A program made the position numbers and the translations under genes. The notes beneath the pieces are model-generated. The model had not been told where the DNA came from, searched no databases, and saw nothing but the letters and a program-made list of their open reading frames with translations. Positions 37,901 to 46,656 of a DNA stretch of 46,656 bases are shown piece after piece (position 1 is the stretch's first letter; the number at the start of each line of letters is the position of its first letter). The stretch is taken from positions 6,140 through 52,795 of the forward strand of contig JBHLRS010000021.1 in assembly GCA_048882325.1 (NCBI GenBank), written 5' to 3'. This DNA comes from Candidatus Thorarchaeota archaeon (lineage in GTDB: Archaea > Asgardarchaeota > Thorarchaeia > Thorarchaeales > Thorarchaeaceae).

Positions 37901-40900
37901 GTCCCGTGTGCATTGTAAAGAATGAAATAACACCACCCGACTCCTGATATTCCATCTGCTATAGAAAATGTCACTGCGACATCTGACACGTACCAATCAT
38001 TGTCACCTAAATCTCCACTCAGAGAGATGACAGGTACAGGAAGCTCTTTGTCAATCAGAATCTCTAGAGTCTTTGTTGCTTCCACATTTCCCGCAAGGTC
38101 GGTTGAGTTGAATTCTATTGTTTTTCCACCCTCTAGCGAAAAAGTGAATGGTCCGGTGTACTCAGTCCACGGTATACCCTCATATCTGTAGGCGGTTGTT
38201 GCCACACCAGAGCCCGAATCTACAGATTCCAGAGTAACAATGACATCTGCTTGATACCAGCCAGCAAAGTCAGGAGGTCTGTCTGGACTCGCAGTAGTTA
38301 CTGGTGGAGTTATGTCAAGAACTATTACAGTCAATGATGAAGTACCAATACCTCCATCGTCATCTGTCACTGTCAGAGTCACGAGATAGACTCCAGGATT
38401 TGTATACACATGTGTTGGTGAAAGCGTTCCTGTCACTACTGGTGAACCATCTCCAAAGTCCCAGACAAAGGTGTGCGTATCAGATGCTCCAGGGTCGGTG
38501 AAACTACCACCAAAGATGACTATATCGCCCTCATCGATTGTCTGGTCAGGCCCAGCATCAACTACAGGAGCTACGTTGTTCACGTACATTGTCATCGTAT
38601 CAGTACCCACTCCTCCATCATCATCAGTCACTGTCAGGGTGACAACGTAGACCCCATTGTCCACATAGATATGAGTTGGATCCAGAGTCCCTGTAACTAC
38701 AGAAGAGCCATCACCGAAGTCCCACACTATCGTATGAGTATCAAGAGCCCCTGGATCTGTGATGAGCCCATGAAATGCAAAACTCATTCCTTCCTCAGTC
38801 CATAAATCAGGTCCTGCATAAGCAGTTGGAGCCACATTGTAGACTGTCAAGGTTGTTGAGGCGGCAACGTAGAATTCACCATCAGTGACTTCGACAGTCA
38901 CAGTACCGAAGTAGTCCTCATACAAGGTATAAGCGACTGTCGGGACAGTACTCCAAGCCGTGTCCCAATCACCATCACCATCAATATCCCATCTGAATTG
39001 CAGTTGATCTCCTTCTATATCAGTAGAACCAGATGCATCAAAGGTTACCTCTGCACCTTCACCAATGGTGTAAGGTCCTCCAGCATTCGCCACAGGAGCA
39101 TCATTCACCGAGTTCACTGTGACCGTGACCGTTCCAGTGGCAGTGCCTCCGTTACCATCCGATACAGTGTAAGTAAACGAGTCTGTGCCATAGAAGTCAG
39201 GGAATGGAGAGTAGATGATTATTCCTGCGTCTATTACTACAGAACCATGTAGTGCAGGTCCCACTGAATCAATAGTCAAGGCATCCCCATCAGGATCAAT
39301 GTCATTTTCCAACACAGGAATCGAAACTGGATGGTCTTCGTCTGTTACTGGTGTATCATCATTCGTAACAGGAGCATCATTGACTGGGGTCACTGTGATA
39401 AACACTGTCGCAGTGGCAGTCAATGTTCCATCTGATACTGTGTATGTGAACGAGTCTGGTCCATTGTAGTTAGCATCTGGAGTGTAGCTGAAAAGGCCCC
39501 CTATATACCATACAGTACCATGTAATGGGGATTCAACTGAAACAATTGTGAGATGATCTCCATCGACATCATCCACCACAAATAAGTCGTCCACCATAAC
39601 ATCTTCATCAGTGACGACATAGACATCATCAGCCACAGGAGCATCATTCACCGAGTTCACTGTGACCGTGACCGTTCCAGTGGCAGTGCCTCCGTTACCA
39701 TCCGACACGGTATAAGTAAACGAGTCTGTGCCATAGAAGTCAGGGAATGGATAATAGGTGATTATTCCTGCGTCTATTACTACAGAACCATGTAGTGCAG
39801 GTCCCACTGAATCAATAGTCAAGGCATCCCCATCAGGATCAATGTCATTCGCCAACACAGGAATCGAAACTGGAGTGTCTTCGTCCGTTACTGGTGTATC
39901 ATCATTCGTAACAGGAGCATCATTCACTGAGTTCACTGTGATGGTCACTGTCGCAGTATCTGTAAAGGTCCCATCACTAACCTCGTAAACAAACAAGTCG
40001 TCGCCGTAAAAGTTCAGATCAGGTGTATATGTAAAAGACCCATCTGCAAGCAATGTCAGAGTACCATGTGAAGGTCCACTCGCCAGCGTGACTACCAGAA
40101 GCCTTTGAAAGATAGTCCCATCGTTCTCCAAGATCCCAGGAGCTAAAATGGACAATGGATTGTCCTCATCTGTGATGTATGCATCATCAAGTACCGCAAC
40201 TGTGACATCTGGTGACACCCTGGGGTATGGGTCCATATTGCCCTCGAAGTAGTATGGAGTGTCAAAGATACCGTTGTTGTCAGCGTCAAGACCTCCATGG
40301 AGCCACCAATAGTTAAACCGGAATACATTATCGGTCCCAGTGTCTATGGCACTGTAGTCATACCAATCCAGGCTCTCGATAAACACATTCCACATAATGA
40401 TGTTGGAAGTTCCACCATCTAGATAGATGCTACCGTGGTTGTTAATGCATGTATTATTATACACCGTAGTGTCTATACAACTTCTGAGATAGATACTTCC
40501 TTGGACCGGTGGATGGAGCTCAAATAGGTTATTTCCATTGACGGTGTTATTTGCTACCATGTTGGACTCACAGTTTTGGAGTTCAATGCCTGCATAATAG
40601 TTCTCATTACAGGTGTTGTCGTGTATGGTGTTTTGGTTACTGTGATTGAGAGCGATACCAGAGTTTCCATTGCCATTGCAGGTATTGTTGTATATGGTGT
40701 TTTGGTCACTGCTACTGACAGCGATACCATAGTATCCATTGTAATTACAGGTGTTGTTTTTTATGATGTTAAAAGTTGAAGGAGTTTCGGAATCTCGGGG
40801 ACTAAGAAAGATACCAGGATATGTATTGTAGTTGCAGATATTGTCACTCACAGTATTGTGATCACCTGACAAAAAGATCCCGTACCCATTGTTGTTGCAG

Positions 40901-43900
40901 ATGTTACGGGTCACAATGGTGAAATCACACGCAAGAAGGGTTATACCTTGACCCGCGCCCGTACATGTATTATCAACAATAGTGAGAGAGCTCGACAGCC
41001 AGACAAGGATGCCATAACGATCATTTGTACAGTTATTGTCTATGAGCACACCATTAGCAACATCCCAAAGAAAGATTCCAGCACTGGGTGATTCACTTGT
41101 TAGTGTACAATCACGAATGACAAAATGAACCCGAGTCCCATAGATCCAGATACAGACATTGAAAACGTCCCCATCGATATCAAGAGTATACGCTGCATCA
41201 GCAGCATCGATGTTCAGGCCTTCGATGATGTATGGGTAATCAGGAGACCCATCACCCGGCCATCCCTCAGCTGCAGCGATGGCTGCGAACTCTGCATCGC
41301 TAGTGATCTGTATTGGTTCATCCATTGGTAACACTGTGATGGTCACTGTTGCGATATTGCTCTCTGATACCCAATCATGAGTCGTGTAAGTGAAGCTGTC
41401 AGTACCGTACCAGTCTGGGAGTGGATTATAGGTGAAAGACCCATCAGCTAGTAATGTGAGCGTACCATGCATTGGTCCTGCCACAAGAAATGATTGAAGA
41501 AATTGGTCAAGCGTATCGTAATCATTCTCCAAGATACCAGGAACAGAAACAACTAGCGGGTCATCCTCATTTATTGTGTAAGTATCATCCACAGCCACTG
41601 GAGCTGTGTTGACAATTTCAACCGAAACTCTGGGATATGAGTCCATGTTACCATCGAAGTAGTAGGGAGTGTCAATGATACCATTGTTATCAGCATCAGG
41701 TCCAACGTGGAGCCACCAGTAGTTGAACTGGAAGACATTGTCAACCCCAGTGTCACTAGCTTCGTTCTCCCTATTCTCGATAAACACGTTCCACACAATG
41801 ATGTTGGAAGTTCCACCTTCTACACTGATGCCATCCCGGTTGTAGCTAAGAGTGTTGTTATACAATGTGTTATCTTCACAGTTTATGAGATAAATACCTG
41901 CTTTTCCAAAGTAGTATGGTTCATCTATATTGTTGTAATTACAAGTGTTGTTAGCCACCAAATTGGAATGGCTGTAATAGAGCTCAATGCCTTCATAGTA
42001 GTTCGCATTACAGGTGTTGTCGTGTATGTTGTTTTGGTCACTGAGATTGAGAGCGATACCAGAGTTTCCATTGCCATTGCAGGTATTGTTGTATATGGTG
42101 TTTTGGTCACTTCTACTGATAGCGATACCATAGTATCCATTGTAATTACAGGTGTTGTTGTTTATGATGTTAAAAGTTGAAGGAGTTTCGGGATCTCGGG
42201 ACTCAAGAAAGATACCGGGATATGTATTGTAGTTGCAGATGTTGTCACTCACAGTATTGTGATCACCAGACAAAAAGATTCCATACCCATTGTTGTTGCA
42301 GATGTTACGGGTCACAATGGTGAAATCACACGCAATCAAGGTTATGCCTTGACCTGCGCCAGTACATGTATTATCAACAATAGTGAGGTGGTTCGACAGC
42401 CGGACAAGGATGCCATAACGGTCATTTGTGCAGTTATTATCTATGAGCACACCATTGGCAACATCCCAAAGAAAGATTCCAGCACTGGGAGATTCACTTG
42501 CTAATGTACAATCGCGGATGATAAAATGAACCCGAGTCCCATAGATCCAGATACAGACATTGAATACGTCCCCGTCGATATCAAGAGTATATGTTGCATC
42601 AGCAGCATCGATGTTCAGTCCTTCAATGATGTATGGATAATCGGCTGAACCATCGCCCGGCCATCCCTCAGCTGCAGCCATTGCCGCAAACTCGGTATCG
42701 CTTGTGATCCGTATTGGTTCATCCATAGGTAGCACTGTGATGGTCACAGTAGCGATGTTGCTCTCTAGTATCCAATCGTGCGTTGTATAAGTGAAACTGT
42801 CGGTCCCAAACCAGTCAGTAAGAGGGGTGTAGGTAAAGGATCCATCAGCCAACAGTGTGAGCGTACCATGCATTGGTCCTGTCACAAGAAATGATCGGAG
42901 AGATTGGTCATGCTCATCATAGTCATTCTCTAAGACCCCTGGAACTGACACAACCAGTGGGTCATCCTCATTTATTGTGTAAGCATCATCCACAGCCACT
43001 GGAGCTGTGTTGACAATTTCAAGCGATACTCTGGGATATGAATCCATATTGCCATCGAAGTAGTAGGGGGTGTCTCCAATTCCGTTGTTGTCAGCGTCAG
43101 GTCCTCCATAGCCCCACCAGTAGTTGAACTGGAAGACATTGTCAGCCCCAGTGTCTTTGGCTTGGTAGTCCCAGTTCTCGATGACCACATTCCACACAAT
43201 GATATTGGATCTCCCACCTTCCAAGTAAATGCCCTCTCCGTTGTAGCTAACAGTATTGTTGAACAATGTGTTATCTACACAGTTTCTGAGATGGATACCG
43301 GCTCTATCCGGGACGTAGTAGAGCACATCCACGTTGTTGTAACTACAGGTGTTGTTAGCCACCATGTTGAACTGACAATTTTGGAGCTCAATGCCTTCAT
43401 AGATGTTGTCGCTGCAGGTATTGTCGTGTATGGTGTTGTAATCACTGTAACTTACACTGATACCGGATCTCCCATTGCCATTGCAGGTGTTGCCATATAT
43501 TGAGTTTTGGTCACTCTCACTAACAGTAATACCATTGTCGCCATTGCCATTGCAGGTATTGTCGTTTATGATGTTGTATGTAGAGGGACCTGCGTAATCT
43601 CCAGTGAGAATGATACCGAAACCCATATTGTAATTGCAGATGTTTTCGCTCACAGTGTTGTGGTCACCAAACAACAAAATTCCGTATTCTCCATTGCCAT
43701 TGCAGATGTTGCGGGCTACTGTGCTGGAATCGCACTCGTACAGGGTTATCCCTTGACGTCCACCAGTGCAGTTGTTATCAACAATAGTGAGGAAGCTCAC
43801 CAGCTGGGCATAGATGCCATAGTCGTTCGTAAAGTCATTATTGATGAGGTCACCATTGGCAACGGACTGAAGATAGATTCCGATACTGGTAGAGGAACCT

Positions 43901-46656
43901 GTGAGTGTACAGTCGCGGATGATGAAGTGAACCTGAGTCCAAGTGATCCATATACACACACTGACCAGCTCACCAGACATATCAAAAATATACGCTCCAT
44001 CAGCAGCATCGATGTGCAACCCCTCAATGATGAATGGATAATCAGCTGAACCATCACCAGACCAGCCCTGAGCTGCAGCCATTGCTGCAAACTCAGCATC
44101 GCTAGTGATCTGTATTGGTTCATCCATAGGTAGCACAGTGATGGTCACTGTTGCGAAGTTGCCAACGATAATATCACTCGCTGCGTACTCAAAAGTCACC
44201 ACTCCGTACCAGTCTGCATCTGGTGTGAATGTGAATGAACCATCAGAATTCATCAATAGAGAGCCGTGTACAGGAAGAGTCCAATCAAACACGTAGAATG
44301 AATCACCATCTATATCGTAGTCATTCTCGAGAAGACCAGGGGCAGGGATGACCAGTATGTCATCCTCATGCATGGAGTACTCATCTTCCACAGCAATGGG
44401 AGCATCATTCACTGGACTTACTGTGACTATCACGGTGGCTATATTACTAGTTGGACCACCACCAGTTTCAGCTACAACATACATGAATGTATCAATTCCA
44501 TAGAAATCTGGACTGGGGGTATATACGAAGGATCCATCTGCAAAGAGTTCAAGCACGCCATTGGAGGGACCAATGACAACCGAGATTCCTGCGAAGGGAT
44601 CTCCATCCACATCATAATCGTTCCACAGGACTCCTGGAGCGTCGATGATTAATTGTGTGTCCTCCTGAGTTTCATAGGAGTCATCCTCAGCGACCGGGAG
44701 ATCATTCACTGCACTCACTGTGATAATCACCGTTGCGATATTACTATCCAGTGACCCATCACTTGCAACATAGGTGAAGAAATCTGGTCCGTTGAAGTTC
44801 AATTCGGGTGTATAAGTGAATGATCCATCTGAAAGAAATACCAATGTGCCGTGGGAAGGTCCAGATACTAGCGACACGGTCAGTGAATCTCCATCGACGT
44901 CTCCATCATTTCCTAGCAAACCAGGGGCATCTACGTGTAATGAAATATCCTCATCTGTTGAGTAAACATCATCATCAGCGAGAGGTGCATCATTCACTGG
45001 GCTCACAGTGATGGTTACGGTAGCAGGATTGCTAGTTGGACCCGCAGAAGTTTCAGATATTGCATACATGAATGTATCAATTCCAGAGAAATCTGGACTG
45101 GGGGTATATACGAAGGATCCATCTGTAAAGAGTTCAAGCACGCCATTGGAGGGACCAATCACGACCAAGATTGCTGTGAAGGGATCTCCTTCCACATCAT
45201 AGTCATTCCACAAGACTCCAGGAGCAGGGATGGATAGCTGAGTGTCTTCCTCAACGGAGTATGCATCATCTCCTGCTACAGGCGGATCATTCACAGGAGA
45301 TACAGTAATTGATACGGTGACCTCATTGCTATACAGAGCACCATCAAAAGCCTGATACGTAAAGGACTCTGTCCCAGACCAATCAGGGGCTGGTTCATAC
45401 ACAAATGACCCATCGGGATTGACGGTGAGTCTACCAATCAAGGGCGGAATTGTGAAGACAGCTGAGAGAACATCTCCGTTCACATCAGTGTCGTTCTCGA
45501 GTACTCCAGGAGCGGGAACGGTCAGGACCATGTCCTCATCAATAGTATAGCTATCATCTACAGCCACGGGGGCCATATTTGGCAGAACGACAGAAAGCGT
45601 GAAGACCTCACGAAGGACACCACCTCCAGTGACCGTGACTTCAATTGGATAATTCGCCCCTGATAGAGGAACAATGTTTGTAATAGTTCCTTGGTCATCG
45701 ATCGCGAAATGCACAGTGTCATCTATTGACCAACCATAGTCGGTCCAGTAATACTCCATAAGATTCAGGTCATAATAGAACTGCTGGCCATATTCTATCA
45801 CCTGGTCAGCAGGGGGACTTTGCCAGTTCACACCCATCAGAGGAATAGTGTCTTGGCTTCCAGCAGTTCCATCGATTGGATAGGGTATGTCACCTGCACC
45901 ATCGTTATTATCATCAGTTCCACCATAGCTCCAATACACATTACTATAGAACAAATTATTGAATCCATCATCAATTGCATCTGAAATAGCACCTCTGAAT
46001 ACATTGCTATGGACCGGAAAGTCTCCAGAAGGAAAGCCTTCTTCTTGGGTCAGACAGAATCCGTAGTCGCTACTTAGCACTAAATTGTTCGATATTGCAT
46101 CCAACAATGAAGCTGAATAACAAGAATCTAGTAGAATACCATAACCAGAGCTGGTTGATATCTCGTTATTTGTGATCCCGACCACATCAGTTTTGTAGAG
46201 ATGAATTGCTGTACCTACGTTCTCTTTGATAACATTGCTGTCGATTTCCACTGTAGTCCTTTGGAGTTCTCCGATGTAAACACCTTCACCATTACCAACA
46301 AAGGTGTTCAAATAGATGCCAGCACCTCTCATAGTTTGGTGAATCGCATGGTCGTTGTACAGGAAACTATTATCCTCAATGTTCGAATAACCGTCTTGAT
46401 AGACTATCATTTGAGAGAATATCCCATATCCGTTGAGGATGAAAGTATTGTACCGTAGGATTGATTCTGATTCAACCTCCTCTAGATAGAGCCCATAAGC
46501 ACTACCAGCAAGATAGCAGTTTCGAATTCTGAAGTCAGAGTCAAGTAGGTTCTTCAGGCTGATACATGCCCCACCAGTTCCTCCAGATATAACATAATTC
46601 TCAATGATGTAGGGATTACCAGCTGAGCCATCACCAGGCCATCCCTCATCCAGTGC
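31918..46656 (-). CDS. Giant (>4900 aa, 5' end outside window) extracellular protein: NosD/CASH beta-helix domains, tandem Ig/cadherin-like repeats, 3 PKD, OmpL47-like Ig repeats, C-terminal TGGGWI domain
   Basis: Frame stays open for 82 more codons from 46410 to the window end (ALDEGWPGDGSAGNPYII...); NDAPVAxDDxY..GSFTYTP repeats; NNTCNxN beta-helix; WDFGDG; YSxDxAGNxE..IDKTAP repeats. Confidence 0.92.
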   Translation of the reverse strand, partial: ALDEGWPGDGSAGNPYIIENYVISGGTGGACISLKNLLDSDFRIRNCYLAGSAYGLYLEEVESESILRYNTFILNGYGIFSQMIVYQDGYSNIEDNSFLYNDHAIHQTMRGAGIYLNTFVGNGEGVYIGELQRTTVEIDSNVIKENVGTAIHLYKTDVVGITNNEISTSSGYGILLDSCYSASLLDAISNNLVLSSDYGFCLTQEEGFPSGDFPVHSNVFRGAISDAIDDGFNNLFYSNVYWSYGGTDDNNDGAGDIPYPIDGTAGSQDTIPLMGVNWQSPPADQVIEYGQQFYYDLNLMEYYWTDYGWSIDDTVHFAIDDQGTITNIVPLSGANYPIEVTVTGGGVLREVFTLSVVLPNMAPVAVDDSYTIDEDMVLTVPAPGVLENDTDVNGDVLSAVFTIPPLIGRLTVNPDGSFVYEPAPDWSGTESFTYQAFDGALYSNEVTVSITVSPVNDPPVAGDDAYSVEEDTQLSIPAPGVLWNDYDVEGDPFTAILVVIGPSNGVLELFTDGSFVYTPSPDFSGIDTFMYAISETSAGPTSNPATVTITVSPVNDAPLADDDVYSTDEDISLHVDAPGLLGNDGDVDGDSLTVSLVSGPSHGTLVFLSDGSFTYTPELNFNGPDFFTYVASDGSLDSNIATVIITVSAVNDLPVAEDDSYETQEDTQLIIDAPGVLWNDYDVDGDPFAGISVVIGPSNGVLELFADGSFVYTPSPDFYGIDTFMYVVAETGGGPTSNIATVIVTVSPVNDAPIAVEDEYSMHEDDILVIPAPGLLENDYDIDGDSFYVFDWTLPVHGSLLMNSDGSFTFTPDADWYGVVTFEYAASDIIVGNFATVTITVLPMDEPIQITSDAEFAAMAAAQGWSGDGSADYPFIIEGLHIDAADGAYIFDMSGELVSVCIWITWTQVHFIIRDCTLTGSSTSIGIYLQSVANGDLINNDFTNDYGIYAQLVSFLTIVDNNCTGGRQGITLYECDSSTVARNICNGNGEYGILLFGDHNTVSENICNYNMGFGIILTGDYAGPSTYNIINDNTCNGNGDNGITVSESDQNSIYGNTCNGNGRSGISVSYSDYNTIHDNTCSDNIYEGIELQNCQFNMVANNTCSYNNVDVLYYVPDRAGIHLRNCVDNTLFNNTVSYNGEGIYLEGGRSNIIVWNVVIENWDYQAKDTGADNVFQFNYWWGYGGPDADNNGIGDTPYYFDGNMDSYPRVSLEIVNTAPVAVDDAYTINEDDPLVVSVPGVLENDYDEHDQSLRSFLVTGPMHGTLTLLADGSFTYTPLTDWFGTDSFTYTTHDWILESNIATVTITVLPMDEPIRITSDTEFAAMAAAEGWPGDGSADYPYIIEGLNIDAADATYTLDIDGDVFNVCIWIYGTRVHFIIRDCTLASESPSAGIFLWDVANGVLIDNNCTNDRYGILVRLSNHLTIVDNTCTGAGQGITLIACDFTIVTRNICNNNGYGIFLSGDHNTVSDNICNYNTYPGIFLESRDPETPSTFNIINNNTCNYNGYYGIAISRSDQNTIYNNTCNGNGNSGIALNLSDQNNIHDNTCNANYYEGIELYYSHSNLVANNTCNYNNIDEPYYFGKAGIYLINCEDNTLYNNTLSYNRDGISVEGGTSNIIVWNVFIENRENEASDTGVDNVFQFNYWWLHVGPDADNNGIIDTPYYFDGNMDSYPRVSVEIVNTAPVAVDDTYTINEDDPLVVSVPGILENDYDTLDQFLQSFLVAGPMHGTLTLLADGSFTYNPLPDWYGTDSFTYTTHDWVSESNIATVTITVLPMDEPIQITSDAEFAAIAAAEGWPGDGSPDYPYIIEGLNIDAADAAYTLDIDGDVFNVCIWIYGTRVHFVIRDCTLTSESPSAGIFLWDVANGVLIDNNCTNDRYGILVWLSSSLTIVDNTCTGAGQGITLLACDFTIVTRNICNNNGYGIFLSGDHNTVSDNICNYNTYPGIFLSPRDSETPSTFNIIKNNTCNYNGYYGIAVSSSDQNTIYNNTCNGNGNSGIALNHSNQNTIHDNTCNENYYAGIELQNCESNMVANNTVNGNNLFELHPPVQGSIYLRSCIDTTVYNNTCINNHGSIYLDGGTSNIIMWNVFIESLDWYDYSAIDTGTDNVFRFNYWWLHGGLDADNNGIFDTPYYFEGNMDPYPRVSPDVTVAVLDDAYITDEDNPLSILAPGILENDGTIFQRLLVVTLASGPSHGTLTLLADGSFTYTPDLNFYGDDLFVYEVSDGTFTDTATVTITVNSVNDAPVTNDDTPVTDEDTPVSIPVLANDIDPDGDALTIDSVGPALHGSVVIDAGIITYYPFPDFYGTDSFTYTVSDGNGGTATGTVTVTVNSVNDAPVADDVYVVTDEDVMVDDLFVVDDVDGDHLTIVSVESPLHGTVWYIGGLFSYTPDANYNGPDSFTYTVSDGTLTATATVFITVTPVNDAPVTNDDTPVTDEDHPVSIPVLENDIDPDGDALTIDSVGPALHGSVVIDAGIIIYSPFPDFYGTDSFTYTVSDGNGGTATGTVTVTVNSVNDAPVANAGGPYTIGEGAEVTFDASGSTDIEGDQLQFRWDIDGDGDWDTAWSTVPTVAYTLYEDYFGTVTVEVTDGEFYVAASTTLTVYNVAPTAYAGPDLWTEEGMSFAFHGLITDPGALDTHTIVWDFGDGSSVVTGTLDPTHIYVDNGVYVVTLTVTDDDGGVGTDTMTMYVNNVAPVVDAGPDQTIDEGDIVIFGGSFTDPGASDTHTFVWDFGDGSPVVTGTLSPTHVYTNPGVYLVTLTVTDDDGGIGTSSLTVIVLDITPPVTTASPDRPPDFAGWYQADVIVTLESVDSGSGVATTAYRYEGIPWTEYTGPFTFSLEGGKTIEFNSTDLAGNVEATKTLEILIDKELPVPVISLSGDLGDNDWYVSDVAVTFSIADGISGVGWCYFILYNAHGTEYILEETYYNGLDSAEFILTTSIESGELWAWMNVSDVAGNWITDELVFKIDKTAPETSMILETGDWNNNARDLFDWTNDPVTLCYDWEFSSDALSGFALIDDSVYPPLYGVMYRIDGGPWQYLNLEQIDPWLVGDPWILYPEFQGRVPLETINSEGIHTLEWYSIDMAGNTESTHEVIFGIDLTAPELEVIITGTSITDHWFSSNVIVTIEASDTLSGLVDVGDGFGFEFYYRIDGGGYQSGRLLDIDSPMSLDFSYTFTSEGVHTFEAWVCDSTGYYIPPDMTANCASNFTRFWIDMTAPETVMTLETDDWGYNGNDPFGWTNDPVTICYDWEFSSDALSGFALIDDSVYPPLYGVMYRIDGGPWQYLNLEQIDPWLVGDPWILYPEFQGRVPLQTITTEGVHILEWYSIDMAGNSETVHEVTFGIDQTPPELTVIFSGTTGTNNWYSSNVLVTAEASDALSGLVDVGDATGYVMYYRIDGGTIQEGRIIDPDLHYNLDLEFRHTFTTEGPHTVEVWICDNTGIYWPPDFEANYAYNITTIYIDKTLPSTTLSLDRVPDFNGWYSADVTVTLSAIDGESDIATTAYRYDGIPWTTYTGPFAFSLEGVTSLQFNSTDIAGNVETTKTYEIYLDKTAPEITLTPERLPDLNGWYTSAVSVTINVTDWVSGIGSGDYLLIDEAGTWQLSDFIPNGVLTFETTIPIPVDGIIYVTVPSAIDQAGNTAEIALITLNIDETPPSTEISVVGEFEFENYLFFKATVTLIPSDPLSGISESFYSLDGETWSTYSGPFDIYTEGENIVHYYSIDAVGNTESAKSYSFILDTTPPEIALDISGTVGTNGWYISVVTVTATVSDTVSGVLQASLSVVDHQGTLDYYEEVPSPGNSHVFTYTITVESGDLQIIVDVYDYAGQQDSETISISIDTTSPETTIATERVPEGVNVTLDATDATSGVADILYSIDDMVTWVQYISEFTLTGGIVDVYYYSVDVAGNSGPINMESIIVDNTPPVTVISFSEELGDLMPIDDWFFGNIIVTLTATDDFSSVVETVYSTDLTNWIVYTEPFRVTTEGETTIYFYSTDSVGNVEETKYDVAKKDTEYPAGQFGYDGILGLNDWYISDGTLTISVTDTASGLYFVDCMVYSGDFLESEVYHGDGSIKSKLFTFYIPIDGQITIEVTVQDIRWNKFENRILMIDTTAPVTIFPFLGVPHGWWYEAPVEFVFPATDGLSGVALTEYSFDLVTWYVYTDPFLFYEDGDHTIYYRSTDVAGNVEETNEYLSLKIDGTAPDCLIELTGTLGDNGWYTSDVLMNVTLTDLLSGVDYVLIKLEDQYEPLYYDFSGVAKAEILLTISGEYDNYKIDVLGFDVTNNIDQWVVRLFIDKTPPETTLTYVQVPDLGSIVTLAATDSLSGVANTMYSLDGITWLTYSTPITLSSGGLVDVLFYSVDVAGNIETTNVAPVEVDILPPVTVPELDGVLGLAGWYVSDVDVTLTATDDIMGVNLIAYSLDGIVWNDYEGPFTLSVEGLTTVYFNATDNVGNMESTQAIEIYIDKTAPTTDLVIGTPSYGFDPTYVSTTTDFALEATDTTSGVNRIEYRIDSGEWIQYMSPFTVPDIGAHTISYRGFDVAGNEGTTESLSVVVNAAGVIYSGDTSGNYSDSITLEAQLIDLATRFPLAGRTVIFVVGAQTISAVTGTDGFASATIILDQPAGVYQLTATFESDGVYLSASTEVTFVLEKEQATASYTGSTVVSSLLETFELRATVFDDDDGHWGDLTMIYITFTIYSNEMDVESPILVEGPHMVGVTDVDGVGVALIEIANLPAGTYLIVVSFEADHNDYYQGPDSETVTLTIYEPSGDFVTGGGWILDSSGHKGHFGFVVKYKSDGTLTGRFIYIYRDGDWLVIIKSNEWIGLAIVDNHAYFEATVSILQFNFKTFECLWSAENHVIKVDAWDNDCTGEEDVFQMRVYDENGLLWHEAGFNPYGYLEGGNIRIHRREK
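36728..37651. repeat. Near-identical ~185-bp intragenic direct repeat (36728-36913 and 37466-37651)
   Basis: Offset 738 bp (246 codons); only one mismatch seen by eye (gactgag/gaccgag). Confidence 0.9.
39089..39925. repeat. Near-identical ~290-bp Ig-module duplication (~39089-39382 and ~39632-39925)
   Basis: Offset 543 bp (181 codons); few substitutions. Confidence 0.88.
40200..44150. repeat. Three tandem 1401-bp (467-codon) beta-helix(+Ig) units
   Basis: Anchor ggttcatcca (in the PMDEP codons) at 41315, 42716 and 44117; long identical DNA stretches between units. Confidence 0.88.

Noticed and set aside
31918-46656. Intragenic repeats as DGR template/variable regions or a CRISPR array
   Set aside because: Repeats are in-frame coding modules with no spacers, I saw no adenine-restricted mismatch pattern, and no RT or cas gene is in the window

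Overview
Archaeal genomic window, most likely from an Asgard archaeon (Thorarchaeota-like). This is inferred from TATA-box/leaderless promoters, an HTH-10 regulator and 'WPGDGSxxxPYII' beta-helix surface proteins. It is an accessory-type region with about 28 genes. These include small regulator/enzyme pairs (TetR/ICMT-like methyltransferase, HTH-10/alpha-beta hydrolase, PadR), a redox cluster (DUF362, nitroreductase, C-GCAxxG-C-C), fdhD, and DinB, VOC, tautomerase and Ser/Thr dehydratase genes. There are three large extracellular proteins: a vWA protein, a 1780-aa Ca-repeat/PKD/Vps62-like protein, and a >4900-aa beta-helix/Ig protein that runs off the right end. A 1265-aa TPR-like protein carries an intact nitrilase domain. 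The most striking unannotated signal is a ~222-nt minus-strand structured RNA candidate at 14126-14347. It has its own TATA box, G.U-biased nested helices, a predicted pseudoknot and a U-rich tail. Two fragments of an MDR dehydrogenase gene lie 26.7 kb apart in an inversion-compatible geometry. No CRISPR array, rRNA, intact tRNA, integrase, transposase or RT was recognised.
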